IMG/VR virus record: IMGVR_UViG_3300032300_000577
Span: 1,420-65,419 of that record
Source: a virus
Length of the DNA: 64,000 nucleotides
Reading direction: 5' to 3' (one strand)
Shown piece after piece: positions 21,601-30,187 of the stretch (the first letter of the stretch is position 1; each line of letters begins with the position of its first letter). A program made the translations under genes and the position numbers. The notes under the pieces were generated by a model. That model had not been told where the DNA came from, made no database searches, and saw only the letters and a program-made list of their open reading frames with translations.

Positions 21601-24600
21601 GAGCTTTGGATCCATTTTTCATTTGTAACTGCCTAACAACCTCAGGTTTAACTCCCTGATATAAATTAGTGGCTAAATTTTTACTTGCTCCTTCTACTGG
21701 TTGGGACTTATTGTATGGAACAAATTTTTCTCCAGAACTTGTGGTATGTGATTTCTTATCCCATGTTCTGTTTTCATAGTGTGGATTAATACCGGTTTTA
21801 TTTGGATCCCCAGTTGCTGCACGATTAACATAGTTAGCTGTTGCGACCTCTTTGGTTTTATCATATCTTGCCATACCTGAGAATGGTACATTGCGGGATC
21901 TTTCTTCTCCAAACCTTAAAGCTGCCTCGGCTACTACTGAAGAAGCAAGAGGTCCTCTCTTATTAGCTTGATTATTTTTATCTACAATAGTACGAGAATT
22001 TGCTCCTAAACTATCCATAGAACTTCCAGCTGCATTCAACCCCAATATTAATTTACCAAAAGATTGTTGTAATCTTGGAGAAACTTTACCTAATATATTT
22101 TCTATTCCGAGTATTGTTTTTTCCAGCCTTCCTAAGCCAAGATCACTTGTTGCTTTCTGTAGCACAACGTCTCCACCCCTAGCCAACTTTTGTACACTTC
22201 CACCACTCGCAAATTTTTGAACCATGCCTCCGGTGTGATACTTAGGAAGCTTATCTAAAGTATTACTAGCAACCTTACCACCCCTATTTAATTTTTTAAG
22301 AGTGTGCTCTCCAATTTGACCGGTAGCATGTTTATTAAGAACAAATTCACCCTTTTGGGCCATGATCGGAATTTCATCGGGAGCAGAAAGAGGAGAACTA
22401 GTTCCTCTGGAAAATCTCTGAATTAATCCACCAATAGCTGCTTTTTGTAATCTTTTACTTGTAACAGTACGTATAGGCTTGGGAGAAATGATACCACTAT
22501 CAACCATACTTTCCATTGTTGGCTTACTATCTATACCATAACCATAAATAGAAGGATATCTTTTTCCTAGTCTCTCCAATGTTCTGTGGTGAGACATACC
22601 AATAGAGCCTTTGAGCTTGGTCTTTTCGGATCTTAGTTTATCAACAATCTCTGCAATATCTGGATGTTCTTTTTTATATGCTGCAGATAGTCTCGATGGG
22701 TACTGGCTTAATTGTTTGTCAATAGCGGCTATTTTAGCTAATGCTCGTTTTTCAGCTTTTTCGTATAGCCTAGGGGTTATCTTTTCTCTATTTCTTATAC
22801 CAGAGGCTGCCCCTTTGACTATTTCTGTTGCGTTTGGATGTAATCCAGTAAAATTTCCTTGAGATATTTCTTTTCTTGTATTAGTACCAGATTCTGGTGT
22901 TCTAGGAACTGTAACAGTTTGTAATCCTGCCTTATCATAAGCCGATAAATTCTTGTCTTCATCCCCAACATATGCTTTACTTCCTTTCCCTGGTCTTACA
23001 AAATGTCTTCGGCCATTATTTTTTTGAACCTCATAAATTTCTGGTAGAGTAAAGCCTTTTCCAGCAGCACTAACATAAGCATCTGGTACCGACGCTTCTG
23101 CAATCTTCATTCTTAGTTTTTGACTATATCCAGCCGTTCGTAATGAGTGAGAATCTTTAGGATCATATCCCTCGTTTGATCCTACAACTATTATTTTTTT
23201 TTGTTTTGCATTATCTATTAATCCTTCAATGTGTCCTTTTTTAGTCATGGGAGCATATGCTCCTCTAAACATATCAACATCTTCTGTGCTTACAAGAGGT
23301 AGTTCATCTGCTCTTTTTCTTCTTTTCTTAAATCCTGGCATTAATCCTAATGTAATTAATTTTTTCTTTTCTATACCCATAGAAAGCATAGCTTCTAATT
23401 CACCACTATCTTGTGCAGCTATCGTGTGGGTTCTTCCGTACTGTTTTTCCCCTGTATTTGTTCTATGTTTTAGTTGACGTTTAAGAATTTTTAATTCTTC
23501 TTTTGTACTACTAGATAAAGCCACTACTCTATCCGAATGCTTGGCTATTTCAAGTTTTTCTAAACTCATGCTAGCTGTAGTATCTCTAACCTCAGATAGG
23601 CCAGAAAAATCTTCTGGTGTTTCTATAAAAGATCTTATGGTTTTTCTAAGTTTAGCATTATCAGATATTGCTGTTCTGGCATTTCCCTCAGCAAAAGAAC
23701 TTTTACCAGCACCGGGCGATCCAGCAATTGTAACTAATTTTTTAAGAGATCCTTCTGTTCTTTTGTCGATGGCTGTTTTACTTAATAATTTTTTATATCC
23801 ATCAACATCATAAGTATCTTTATCTGCATTATGAAAACCAAGTTCCCTCATGGCCTTTCTGGCTCTTTCACTATTTCTTAATTGATCACTATCCAATATT
23901 CCCATTTTTCTAACAAGCGGACCCTTAGTTCCACCAGCAAAAAACTGGTATGGTTGGGGAGATATTTTTCCTCCTCCAGATCTTCTCATTCCAGCTACAA
24001 GTATTCGTCTTTCAAAAGGACTTGGTGTTGGAGTATATTGTGGATCTGGACTCAGTGACTTAAGTGGTTCAGCTATCCTTCTTTGATTTTCGGTGGTTGT
24101 TGCTGGCTGCGTTTTTAAAGATTCTGTTAATTGTGCAACATTAGTTTTCATACCAAGTTTATTTGATTGTTCTTTTTGTATTTTTTCTATGTATTGTTGA
24201 GTTTCTGTCTGTGACAATCTATTAGTTTTAACAAAATTTTCAATTTCAGAATATTTCCATTTTGGAAGACCGCTTTTATCTAGCAAATCATAAAATCCAG
24301 TGCCTAATTTATTAGATGGACCGGTAGATAGTGGGCTTTGGCCAACATTTTCTGAAGGTACTAGTTTACTTGGTGATCTTGATACTTTTCCAGCATTAGC
24401 TAATCTTTGTACTTGTCCACCTAGTGCTTTTCTTGATCTCCTAAGTTTTTTATCTCTTAAAAACCTACCCATCTGAGCAGTTTTATTTTCTTCGGTATTA
24501 ACGGTAACATCTGTTGGGATACCTTCTTTTACTCCAAACAATCCTGCTACTCCTGATCCTTTGGGTAGATCCATAGGAGTATTAATTTTACCGGTTGGAT

Positions 24601-27600
24601 AAAAACTTCTACTATCTGCTGCCGCAACAGCTGACTCAAACATTTGTCCTAATCCACCACCTTGAAAAGTTTTCTTAATAATTGCATTAAGAGCTTTCCT
24701 GTCTGAAACTGCTGGTGTTCCTGCTCTTTCTGCTAATACTGCTGCCATCTGAGCTACAGTTTCTCTATATCCTTTTCTTGCTATAGCTTCTAATCTTTTA
24801 CTTAAAAATCCTGATAATACTCCCTTCTGAACGGTAATATCTTTTGATTTAAAAGCTCCTTTTGTTTTAGTTTTTGGTAAATCAGGAGTAGCATCTTGGG
24901 AAATACCAGATGGTCCTCTTAATCCCAATACTCCGAATTCTCTTGTTGATGCTAATCTTTTAGACTTAGCTTTTTTAGCTTTTTTAGAAGCTGTAACTTT
25001 ACCATACTCCGCCATTAATTTCTGAAAGCTTGGCCCACTTGGATTTTTAGCTCCTAATACTTTTCGAGCATCTTCTCCTCCTATAAGAGCATCAATAGAT
25101 CTCATATCGGGAAATTTAGTTAATAGTGTTTTTAATAGAGATGCTCTTCCTGGAAAAGCTAATGGTTTATCAGTTCCACCAGATAGTCTTTGTATTAGAC
25201 CTCCAATAGCATGATAACGATGGCGTCCTCCTCTTTGGGTAACAACTCTTAAGTCTCCTTTTTCTGCCCGGTCTTGCATTTCTTCGGTCCATCTTTTCCT
25301 AACTTCAGATGTTGTTCTTCTTGTCTTTGTTCCTTTTTTAGCAGCTTCAAGGGCGGCCTTTTCTCTTCGTTCTTTGCCTTTTTTTGGATCTGTATAAACA
25401 ACTTCTTTAATCTGCGCAAAAGCTCTTTTAAGAGCAGGATTATCTGCAGCATCAATTATAGATTTACCAAGTGGATATAATTGTTTGTCTGAGACGATTG
25501 GATAGTTTAGGTTATTAGCAGATGCAATTAATGCATTTTTAAGAGTCTGTAATACTTTTGGGTCAGATAATGCTGCATATGCTGCGCTTTTTCTCCCTCC
25601 TCTAAATGTACCTGCGCCAGTTCTAACTTCCTTACCGTTTCTAGATATTTGTAATTGTTGTGAAAATAACTGTTCAGGATCTGTGCCTGCTATAGCAGCA
25701 ATCAATTCTTCTTTTGAGATATTTGCTTTTCCTATTGTTCCATCAGCATTTCTATGTTTTAGCTCTTGGTTCCATTTTGCAGCCTTTCCTCCTAGTGTTA
25801 TACCGATATTTGTTAATCCTCTTCCTTTTCTGCTACCAGGACCAAATAAATTTTTGATAATTGGACCAGGATCAAGATGCATGAATACTCCACCACTAGC
25901 ATTAGTTTTACCAACTTTAATTGGCTTAACTTCTCCAGCCTCAGCCATTCTTTGTCTTTGAATTTGTCCACCATTAGCAAGAGCCATCTCAGGAAAAGCT
26001 TTTCTTACAGATTGTCTTTTAACAACAACCGAGCCTACTGGAAGAGTAGTTTTAAAGTTATCTCCTCGTCCACTACCAGGAACCATGAATACTCCGCCTC
26101 CTTCGGCCAACTTTAAATTATCTGGTTTCTTTCCGGTGCGATTTAAACTGAGGATTGGTCCGGCACCACCAGCTCTTTTAACTGCTTGTTTGCCGCTAAA
26201 AACCATCTCTCCAGCCTCTAGCGCTACAGGAACTCCTCCCTCGGAAAATCTTTGAATCTTTCCTCCATTAGCAAAACCTCTTGGAGCGCCACTCATTCGG
26301 TCTCCTGCTCCGGCTCCTCTTCCTCCACCGCCCCCCCTTATACCACCCATAAAACCACCAGCAAATCTGAATGCTCCTATCGTTCCTTTTACTGCCAACA
26401 ATGCTGTAATTGCTGGTAGTGCATGTTTAGCAGAATCGGCAACTGAGATAAAAGCACTAGCTAAATTAAGAGCCAACTTGACCATGGTTTGAAATTCGTT
26501 GCTACTACCAATTTTACGAACTAAAGAAATAAATTCTTCTTGTACTTTAGTCATTTGAACAGCAAGAGCTTGTTGAGCTTTAGCAGCATCACTACTTAAA
26601 GACCCCTGTCCTCTTTGGGCGACACCTAAAGCTTTTTCTGCTGTTGCAAATTGCTGTAGCAAAGGAATAACTTTACCTACCTGTCGGAACCCACCAAGTT
26701 CTTCAATGATGGAGGAGAATCTAATGTCTCTGGTATCTAATCCTGCTAATCCCTGACTTAATCTTTTAACAGCTTCATATGGTCCAACAAACTTGCCTTC
26801 GAGGTCTGTTAATTGTATTCCAAATTGTTTAAGAATATCAATAGTTTCTCTTCTTTGAAGTCTGGTAAAAATTGTTCTTAAACCAGTAGCAATTGTTTCT
26901 GCACTTTCACGAGTAGTAGCTCGAATACTAGTAAAGACTGCAATAAATTCATTCAATGCTTGTGTGCCTTCACTAACACCCTTACTAGATGCAGCAAACA
27001 CACCACCGGTACGCTGAATAGCAGTAATAATATCTCCGGCTTCAACAGCAAACTTAGCAGCAACAGCATTAATAGAACCAAGAGCACCATCTAATTGGTC
27101 TGTAGAGATAGAGAATTGTCTCATAAGAGCAATACTACCTTCAACAGTACTATTTAAATCATTAAACGATGGAGCTAATGTACTCTTTGCTAAAGCTCTT
27201 AAAGCCTGTTCTGTTTCTTTTGCTGACAAACCAGCCTGAGCTAATGTACTAGAAACATCTATTAACGAACTAGATGAAACACCCAAACTTGTTGATAATA
27301 ACGTAATTTCTCTTTCTAATCCAGCTAACCCAGGAAGAGATGTTCCTGTAACTTGAGATAGCTGAACCATTTGCTTATTAAACTTCATAAACTCATCTGA
27401 TGCCGCACTAATAGCTCTGGTGAATTTATATATGATTCCGGTTACTAGTGTAAACGCAGCAAATCTACGAATAGCTAGTGCTGACTGTCTTCCAAAATCT
27501 GCCATAGAGTTGCCAGATTGTTGTATTGTTTGTGCTGTTCTAATTTGTTGTTTTTGTAATTGTTGTGATTGTTGGGTTACTGCTGACATAGTTCTGGGCA

Positions 27601-27862
27601 AAGAACTCATATTAGCAGAACCAACAGAAGCCCCAAATCTTTTCATAGCATCAGCAGCACTAGCTGCTGAAACTACAGTATTCTTAAGATTAGCATTTAG
27701 GTTTTGTAATGATTTTGATGACGACGCAAGATTCGCAGTATTAATGTTAATATTAATGTTGGGATTAATACTACTTAATTGTTTGCGAATATTGGAAATA
27801 ACGGGCTTAAGATTAGCCGGACCCGATATGTTTAATTGTGCAGTAAGGTTGAATGATGCCAT
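15605..27862 (-). CDS. Giant tail tape measure protein (TP901-family core) with internal cargo domains
   Basis: 4085 aa; N-terminal TMP core (LAQAGLS...INAVAAKFAV...RESAETIATGLRTIFTRL); Ala/Gln/Lys-rich helical C-terminal half; position after tail tube and chaperones. Confidence 0.9.
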   Translation of the reverse strand: MASFNLTAQLNISGPANLKPVISNIRKQLSSINPNINININTANLASSSKSLQNLNANLKNTVVSAASAADAMKRFGASVGSANMSSLPRTMSAVTQQSQQLQKQQIRTAQTIQQSGNSMADFGRQSALAIRRFAAFTLVTGIIYKFTRAISAASDEFMKFNKQMVQLSQVTGTSLPGLAGLEREITLLSTSLGVSSSSLIDVSSTLAQAGLSAKETEQALRALAKSTLAPSFNDLNSTVEGSIALMRQFSISTDQLDGALGSINAVAAKFAVEAGDIITAIQRTGGVFAASSKGVSEGTQALNEFIAVFTSIRATTRESAETIATGLRTIFTRLQRRETIDILKQFGIQLTDLEGKFVGPYEAVKRLSQGLAGLDTRDIRFSSIIEELGGFRQVGKVIPLLQQFATAEKALGVAQRGQGSLSSDAAKAQQALAVQMTKVQEEFISLVRKIGSSNEFQTMVKLALNLASAFISVADSAKHALPAITALLAVKGTIGAFRFAGGFMGGIRGGGGGRGAGAGDRMSGAPRGFANGGKIQRFSEGGVPVALEAGEMVFSGKQAVKRAGGAGPILSLNRTGKKPDNLKLAEGGGVFMVPGSGRGDNFKTTLPVGSVVVKRQSVRKAFPEMALANGGQIQRQRMAEAGEVKPIKVGKTNASGGVFMHLDPGPIIKNLFGPGSRKGRGLTNIGITLGGKAAKWNQELKHRNADGTIGKANISKEELIAAIAGTDPEQLFSQQLQISRNGKEVRTGAGTFRGGRKSAAYAALSDPKVLQTLKNALIASANNLNYPIVSDKQLYPLGKSIIDAADNPALKRAFAQIKEVVYTDPKKGKERREKAALEAAKKGTKTRRTTSEVRKRWTEEMQDRAEKGDLRVVTQRGGRHRYHAIGGLIQRLSGGTDKPLAFPGRASLLKTLLTKFPDMRSIDALIGGEDARKVLGAKNPSGPSFQKLMAEYGKVTASKKAKKAKSKRLASTREFGVLGLRGPSGISQDATPDLPKTKTKGAFKSKDITVQKGVLSGFLSKRLEAIARKGYRETVAQMAAVLAERAGTPAVSDRKALNAIIKKTFQGGGLGQMFESAVAAADSRSFYPTGKINTPMDLPKGSGVAGLFGVKEGIPTDVTVNTEENKTAQMGRFLRDKKLRRSRKALGGQVQRLANAGKVSRSPSKLVPSENVGQSPLSTGPSNKLGTGFYDLLDKSGLPKWKYSEIENFVKTNRLSQTETQQYIEKIQKEQSNKLGMKTNVAQLTESLKTQPATTTENQRRIAEPLKSLSPDPQYTPTPSPFERRILVAGMRRSGGGKISPQPYQFFAGGTKGPLVRKMGILDSDQLRNSERARKAMRELGFHNADKDTYDVDGYKKLLSKTAIDKRTEGSLKKLVTIAGSPGAGKSSFAEGNARTAISDNAKLRKTIRSFIETPEDFSGLSEVRDTTASMSLEKLEIAKHSDRVVALSSSTKEELKILKRQLKHRTNTGEKQYGRTHTIAAQDSGELEAMLSMGIEKKKLITLGLMPGFKKRRKRADELPLVSTEDVDMFRGAYAPMTKKGHIEGLIDNAKQKKIIVVGSNEGYDPKDSHSLRTAGYSQKLRMKIAEASVPDAYVSAAGKGFTLPEIYEVQKNNGRRHFVRPGKGSKAYVGDEDKNLSAYDKAGLQTVTVPRTPESGTNTRKEISQGNFTGLHPNATEIVKGAASGIRNREKITPRLYEKAEKRALAKIAAIDKQLSQYPSRLSAAYKKEHPDIAEIVDKLRSEKTKLKGSIGMSHHRTLERLGKRYPSIYGYGIDSKPTMESMVDSGIISPKPIRTVTSKRLQKAAIGGLIQRFSRGTSSPLSAPDEIPIMAQKGEFVLNKHATGQIGEHTLKKLNRGGKVASNTLDKLPKYHTGGMVQKFASGGSVQKLARGGDVVLQKATSDLGLGRLEKTILGIENILGKVSPRLQQSFGKLILGLNAAGSSMDSLGANSRTIVDKNNQANKRGPLASSVVAEAALRFGEERSRNVPFSGMARYDKTKEVATANYVNRAATGDPNKTGINPHYENRTWDKKSHTTSSGEKFVPYNKSQPVEGASKNLATNLYQGVKPEVVRQLQMKNGSKAPVGSLKASHEAASIITTTHNEAFEKSKDKLGIRNMTDKKEISKATSKAKKQANQAVRTKMGVPISNSDLEDVIAGSQRVVQNQKDLDERDRLGRVATAKERVENKGKPQKPKGYISGMKYYANEAKKNNTTFGITTPGVKSTVLSEAQNYVEQRNQGATQRGYVDYGAYLEDKAKKTKSHTKLAEIRKKQERFTASNAIIQRETQKKEQVKTGRVIPKEVSQREREFFDNRGSAAGLAQNNKIKAKSNARIKEVTNIMSSDPTTARTGSLSATPTSAPQAITATAVSKTLAEKREAYFQKTGKRLPGYVETGPTPSHHSPMSATGREAVERKAAPGLFHGNGKGKRINAPLEPKDVGGLTVEEHVAQQRSNRRQRKSGIVGADATQERKDIILDEKKTGQRIIESNAATKVGQDIQDRDAAEAQARIVAKQKSLERLDSRKANSAGFSPAMQSYGRIKTAQGQGQLDTLKFSAKNKNNQGSLLAAASTQLSGNFSKALGSASLSVGNFAASFGKANFSTMFASLGAGFAKIGGGVTGLMANFVGLQRTVVATQGKLAGMTKGQAQTALKSGRITKEDYDGAFGRGSKSKAMFHSAKDQIPEINSDFEKREKTAAGKSKKQALIDAGFGKGGAGTDAIRKGGSEGILARAKMNRTMDKLDNNSVGGAGPIVPVGPMDGGGSGSGGPGGRRGRRGRVGRAAAPAAPVSSRGGGGMGGMGGYMGQMAVSMAGSAAVEQYAKGLGGEKTLEGRQASNYGGSIVAGASTGLMMGSMIGSVVPGVGTVVGGAVGAGLGAAAGAGYAYMNSGEIGKQFEDEQRRDKMGRQSKRFGQKLGVMGNKEVSVETRNRARDEALQSTMAMTELSAQEQTSGLQKTGMFSSKPRKTAQERADSAQDASDANTNFLAAEMERSGKTLDQVRASMKPEQWNAMASSIADTDVEFQKVKETSSKGSKKYEEAYQAAIQRGMAELKVKEEAIKNAKENEKLSRAMQKVTVSFEKMANALSAAAARADKVMENGKLGIDAVDNPMAAVQQGQISQSADILSNPEAYSMNDVEGALRQNSSMAGSSSEAMVQSAMLPRKLEQNFGMAMQEVKAQGGDDNSARAAVKKAMLGTVEQAFGPEIASGMTKEINTFLEGFKGDITQVNFNDLIKAVPELANKMASSKEVFAALQAQAASAGKAIGMMGDAAQKSAGKGQEIRNRDADTYSTVANSTLAFKRATGEKISYQADAGVRNQARATRLGTSAQVAASPQAMLNRYNQLNKATGTAATAQQQITEANRPTLLSGDENQIKAASNAMQTAANTTAEFAQATQQARDEIMNLPNDIKENIGGIMQELQDVMQERAAKLAAAGGLMEKMLTSTPKDLRKMGNTFNNLNKTLSGKGVSFQESYSANTAYNQVRRQGGSHMQAQRSAQEAYAKESGDTIDMAKELAPLLGAVDPTAQSKMMGSVYESMFAARGQDTSKMMIGDKSMKDYIDMMKKGPGEDPKVAALKDALNGQQAALQAANDAAKELIAQEAEALTTKTGAAVLAAMIAGAEAVRVAVAEGKQIGITPPGEAGKQGAPQGKAPLGEEEVKARKAENEGKIAEAQKILSSGTATADEKEEAKRTMLAAQQENAVFSGDAKGRKNLSASASTMTYDDHKLSGETEEEFNKRKQKLQEMAEGTQPPPAATPPKPQQATGAQGAANGQQAAAPVPATGTGQQAAAPLPATATGQPAAPTRTTPQTTGAATPAPTVYGASQAQAVFTPPANAVDASQQSKANLDAERKAAEQNNAAATNAATANNAGSQTAPSQPQRQGPMSYNEIREQKRKQYEQSRYQKQQQYLSGFNEETREKMKQKLGSRLLENPNPTQAAAQNNQPPGTAATSGSSGSSAAPQASAPMGAPVAAPRTPQGQASQNQGAGVLSNNGFEAFASKLDTLLTKLAEVNIPTEIRLTSEQLGVNITLNGAEVMNNLGPALASNVMKQAGEQLARYDQATTGEGAARSPGVMGGQQV

Positions 27863-27883
27863 GCCAATTTATTCCTTTAAAGA

Positions 27884-27922
27884 GAAAACCGACCCTCAGA
27901 AACTAATCCGGGGTCGGCTTTC
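27884..27922 (-). terminator. Intrinsic terminator-like hairpin just upstream of the TMP
   Basis: Minus strand gaaagccgacccc-loop-gagggtcggttttc followed by tcttt. Confidence 0.55.
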
Positions 27923-27952
27923 ATAAATTCAAAACAACACAGGACAACACAA

Positions 27953-28828
27953 TCACTCTGGTGCAGGTTCTGGTTCCTTGGTAGGTTCCTCAACTTTTGG
28001 AGAAGGTTCTGGTTTAACTTCATTTTTTACTTCTTCTTCTTGTACTGGATTGCCGTCGTCGTCCAAAAATGGTTTAAATTCAACAATATAATTTCCATCT
28101 AGATCTACCTTATTGCCGAACTTATCAACAAACTCTCCACTATCATTAATGAATCTTCCGTTGTCGTCTATCAATCTACCATCTTCATCAACCAGTTTAC
28201 CTTGTTTATTAATTAATCTTAGCTTTTCGTCAACGAACTTATACTTCTTCAAAAACTTATTTTCTGGTAGATTATTTTCATAATCACTATCCAATCCGTA
28301 TAACATATTAGCCAAATTTTGAGCACCTTGAATGGCAACACTTTCTGTGGCCCTATTTAGATACTCTTCCATATTCTTGAAAACAGGTTGTTTCGTATCA
28401 TTATACACCACGCAGGCCGATACTAAATAATTAAACTTAGCATTGTCTGCTTGTCCTTCTGCACTATGATTATCAAGAGATGATCGAGATCCGATTAGCT
28501 CTCTAATTTCGTCTCTGGTCTCCTTCATCTTCATAGCAACGTCTTTGGCCTCTTTAAGAGAGATACCACCCTGAGCAAGTCTTCTTTCTGACTCTAGTAA
28601 TTCTTGCTGCAATTCGGCTAACCTTGCTTGCTTTTGATTATCCCACAATCCTTGTTCTGTAAGAACATCTTCCATCTTTGCTCTAACAACAGACTTACTC
28701 TTGATAGCATCTGTAAATGCTTGGTTGTATACTTTTTGTCCTTCTCTTTGATCTTGTAGGCTTGGACTTCTAACTGAAACGTCTCTTTCCTTACCTTCGA
28801 CCATAACCTTAAAACTTCTAGAATTCAT
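27953..28828 (-). CDS. Putative tail assembly chaperone with DxxG repeats
   Basis: Position between tail tube and TMP; coiled-coil; 7-aa periodic (D/N)xxG repeats. Confidence 0.5.
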   Translation of the reverse strand: MNSRSFKVMVEGKERDVSVRSPSLQDQREGQKVYNQAFTDAIKSKSVVRAKMEDVLTEQGLWDNQKQARLAELQQELLESERRLAQGGISLKEAKDVAMKMKETRDEIRELIGSRSSLDNHSAEGQADNAKFNYLVSACVVYNDTKQPVFKNMEEYLNRATESVAIQGAQNLANMLYGLDSDYENNLPENKFLKKYKFVDEKLRLINKQGKLVDEDGRLIDDNGRFINDSGEFVDKFGNKVDLDGNYIVEFKPFLDDDGNPVQEEEVKNEVKPEPSPKVEEPTKEPEPAPE

Positions 28829-28831
28829 AAA

Positions 28832-29146
28832 TTATTCTCCTTTGTCCGGTCTGTTGTTTTTGAAATAAAACTGATAGTGATACTTATAACCTTTTTCTTT
28901 ATTATATAGATATTCATCCAATTCGTCTAGTGCTGATCTTAATTGATTGTTACCATTATTAAGAATATTGTTTCTTGTTTCTTGCCAAAGCTCAAAATAT
29001 TCATCAGCATTTTTACTATCTTCTTGCCATAAATATCCAAAAGATTCTTCAAACTTGGCTAGTGCTCCAATCATTGTTGTCTTAAATCTTCTAGAGATAC
29101 TATCCATTAAATCGTCTAGATCTTCATCTGGCTTATTTTTTTTCAT
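28832..29146 (-). CDS. Hypothetical protein (tail assembly region)
   Basis: 104-aa ORF, tightly packed in the operon. Confidence 0.65.
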   Translation of the reverse strand: MKKNKPDEDLDDLMDSISRRFKTTMIGALAKFEESFGYLWQEDSKNADEYFELWQETRNNILNNGNNQLRSALDELDEYLYNKEKGYKYHYQFYFKNNRPDKGE

Positions 29147-29149
29147 ATA

Positions 29150-30187
29150 TTATTTCCTATTGTAGTTAGCTGCTTTTTTAGCCAAATCAGTATCTATAGA
29201 TGCTTTAACGTCTGGCAAATCCAATTCGTTTAATTCTCCTTTTCTCTTAACGGCATTTAATCTAGAGTCAATAATAGACTTAGAATAATCATCATTAAGG
29301 TCTGAAATTCTTTCAAAATCCTCCGGGCTCTGTCCCATAATAAATACTTCCTGAGCATTCTTGTGAAGCGAAGAAATTCCTTCTTTGGTCTTGTCTTTCT
29401 TAATCTTTTCTTTTTGATACAACATCCATCCGTCCAGCATATCGTCATCATCAATAACAAAATCTTCTGGACAATCACTATGATCATACACCGAATCATA
29501 CATTAGAGAAAAATTAATTAATCCCCTCTGATCATCAGAAAGTTTTACTCCTCCAGAAACACCAAAAGGATTCTTCTTATCACAATTCCATATTGATCTC
29601 CACAATCCGTCTCTGGCCAATGCTCTTAATTGTTCTACACTTATCATGCTCTGATTAGTACAACCTATTAAAGAATTAAATAATATGTATGAATTATTAC
29701 TATTGAATTTAAATACTTTGTTATTTTTATTGTCATATAAACAATTGCATAGTATATATTCATTCTTGATACTACTAGCATAACCTTCTAGAGTATTCTG
29801 GTACAAATCATGCTTTTGGTTAAATATTTTAGATAATTGGTTATTTAACTGATTAAGATTTTGTCTTGAGGACTTAACGGTCTTGGTGTTCATTCGGTTT
29901 TCATAAAGACTAATCTTGGTCTTATCTATTTTTTTGTTTATCTCCTTAATAAGAGCTTCTGTATTAGGAGTCCAATATCCGTATGTGATTAATAGATATG
30001 TTAAGTTAGATTCTCTGAGCCAGCCCCCGAATTTTTCCTCTGCTATAATATCGAAATATATCTCCATAGCCCGCTGTTTAATTTCGGGAGATGGTGTTTT
30101 CAAACAATACTTAGAATTATTAAAAGTAAAATAGGTTTCTTTTGAGATAATTCTATATAAGATATATTCTAAATCCGACTTATTCAT
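29150..30187 (-). CDS. Putative tail assembly chaperone
   Basis: 345 aa; YDSVYDHSDCPEDFVIDDDDMLDGW; position after tail tube. Confidence 0.5.
   Translation of the reverse strand: MNKSDLEYILYRIISKETYFTFNNSKYCLKTPSPEIKQRAMEIYFDIIAEEKFGGWLRESNLTYLLITYGYWTPNTEALIKEINKKIDKTKISLYENRMNTKTVKSSRQNLNQLNNQLSKIFNQKHDLYQNTLEGYASSIKNEYILCNCLYDNKNNKVFKFNSNNSYILFNSLIGCTNQSMISVEQLRALARDGLWRSIWNCDKKNPFGVSGGVKLSDDQRGLINFSLMYDSVYDHSDCPEDFVIDDDDMLDGWMLYQKEKIKKDKTKEGISSLHKNAQEVFIMGQSPEDFERISDLNDDYSKSIIDSRLNAVKRKGELNELDLPDVKASIDTDLAKKAANYNRK

Noticed and set aside
15732-27926. Many short alternative-frame ORFs inside the TMP
   Set aside because: Fully overlapped by the 4085-aa gene, with no recognisable motifs.
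28832-30187. Programmed -1 frameshift between tail chaperone genes
   Set aside because: The ORFs are separated by stops and have their own ATGs; no convincing slippery heptamer before the first stop.
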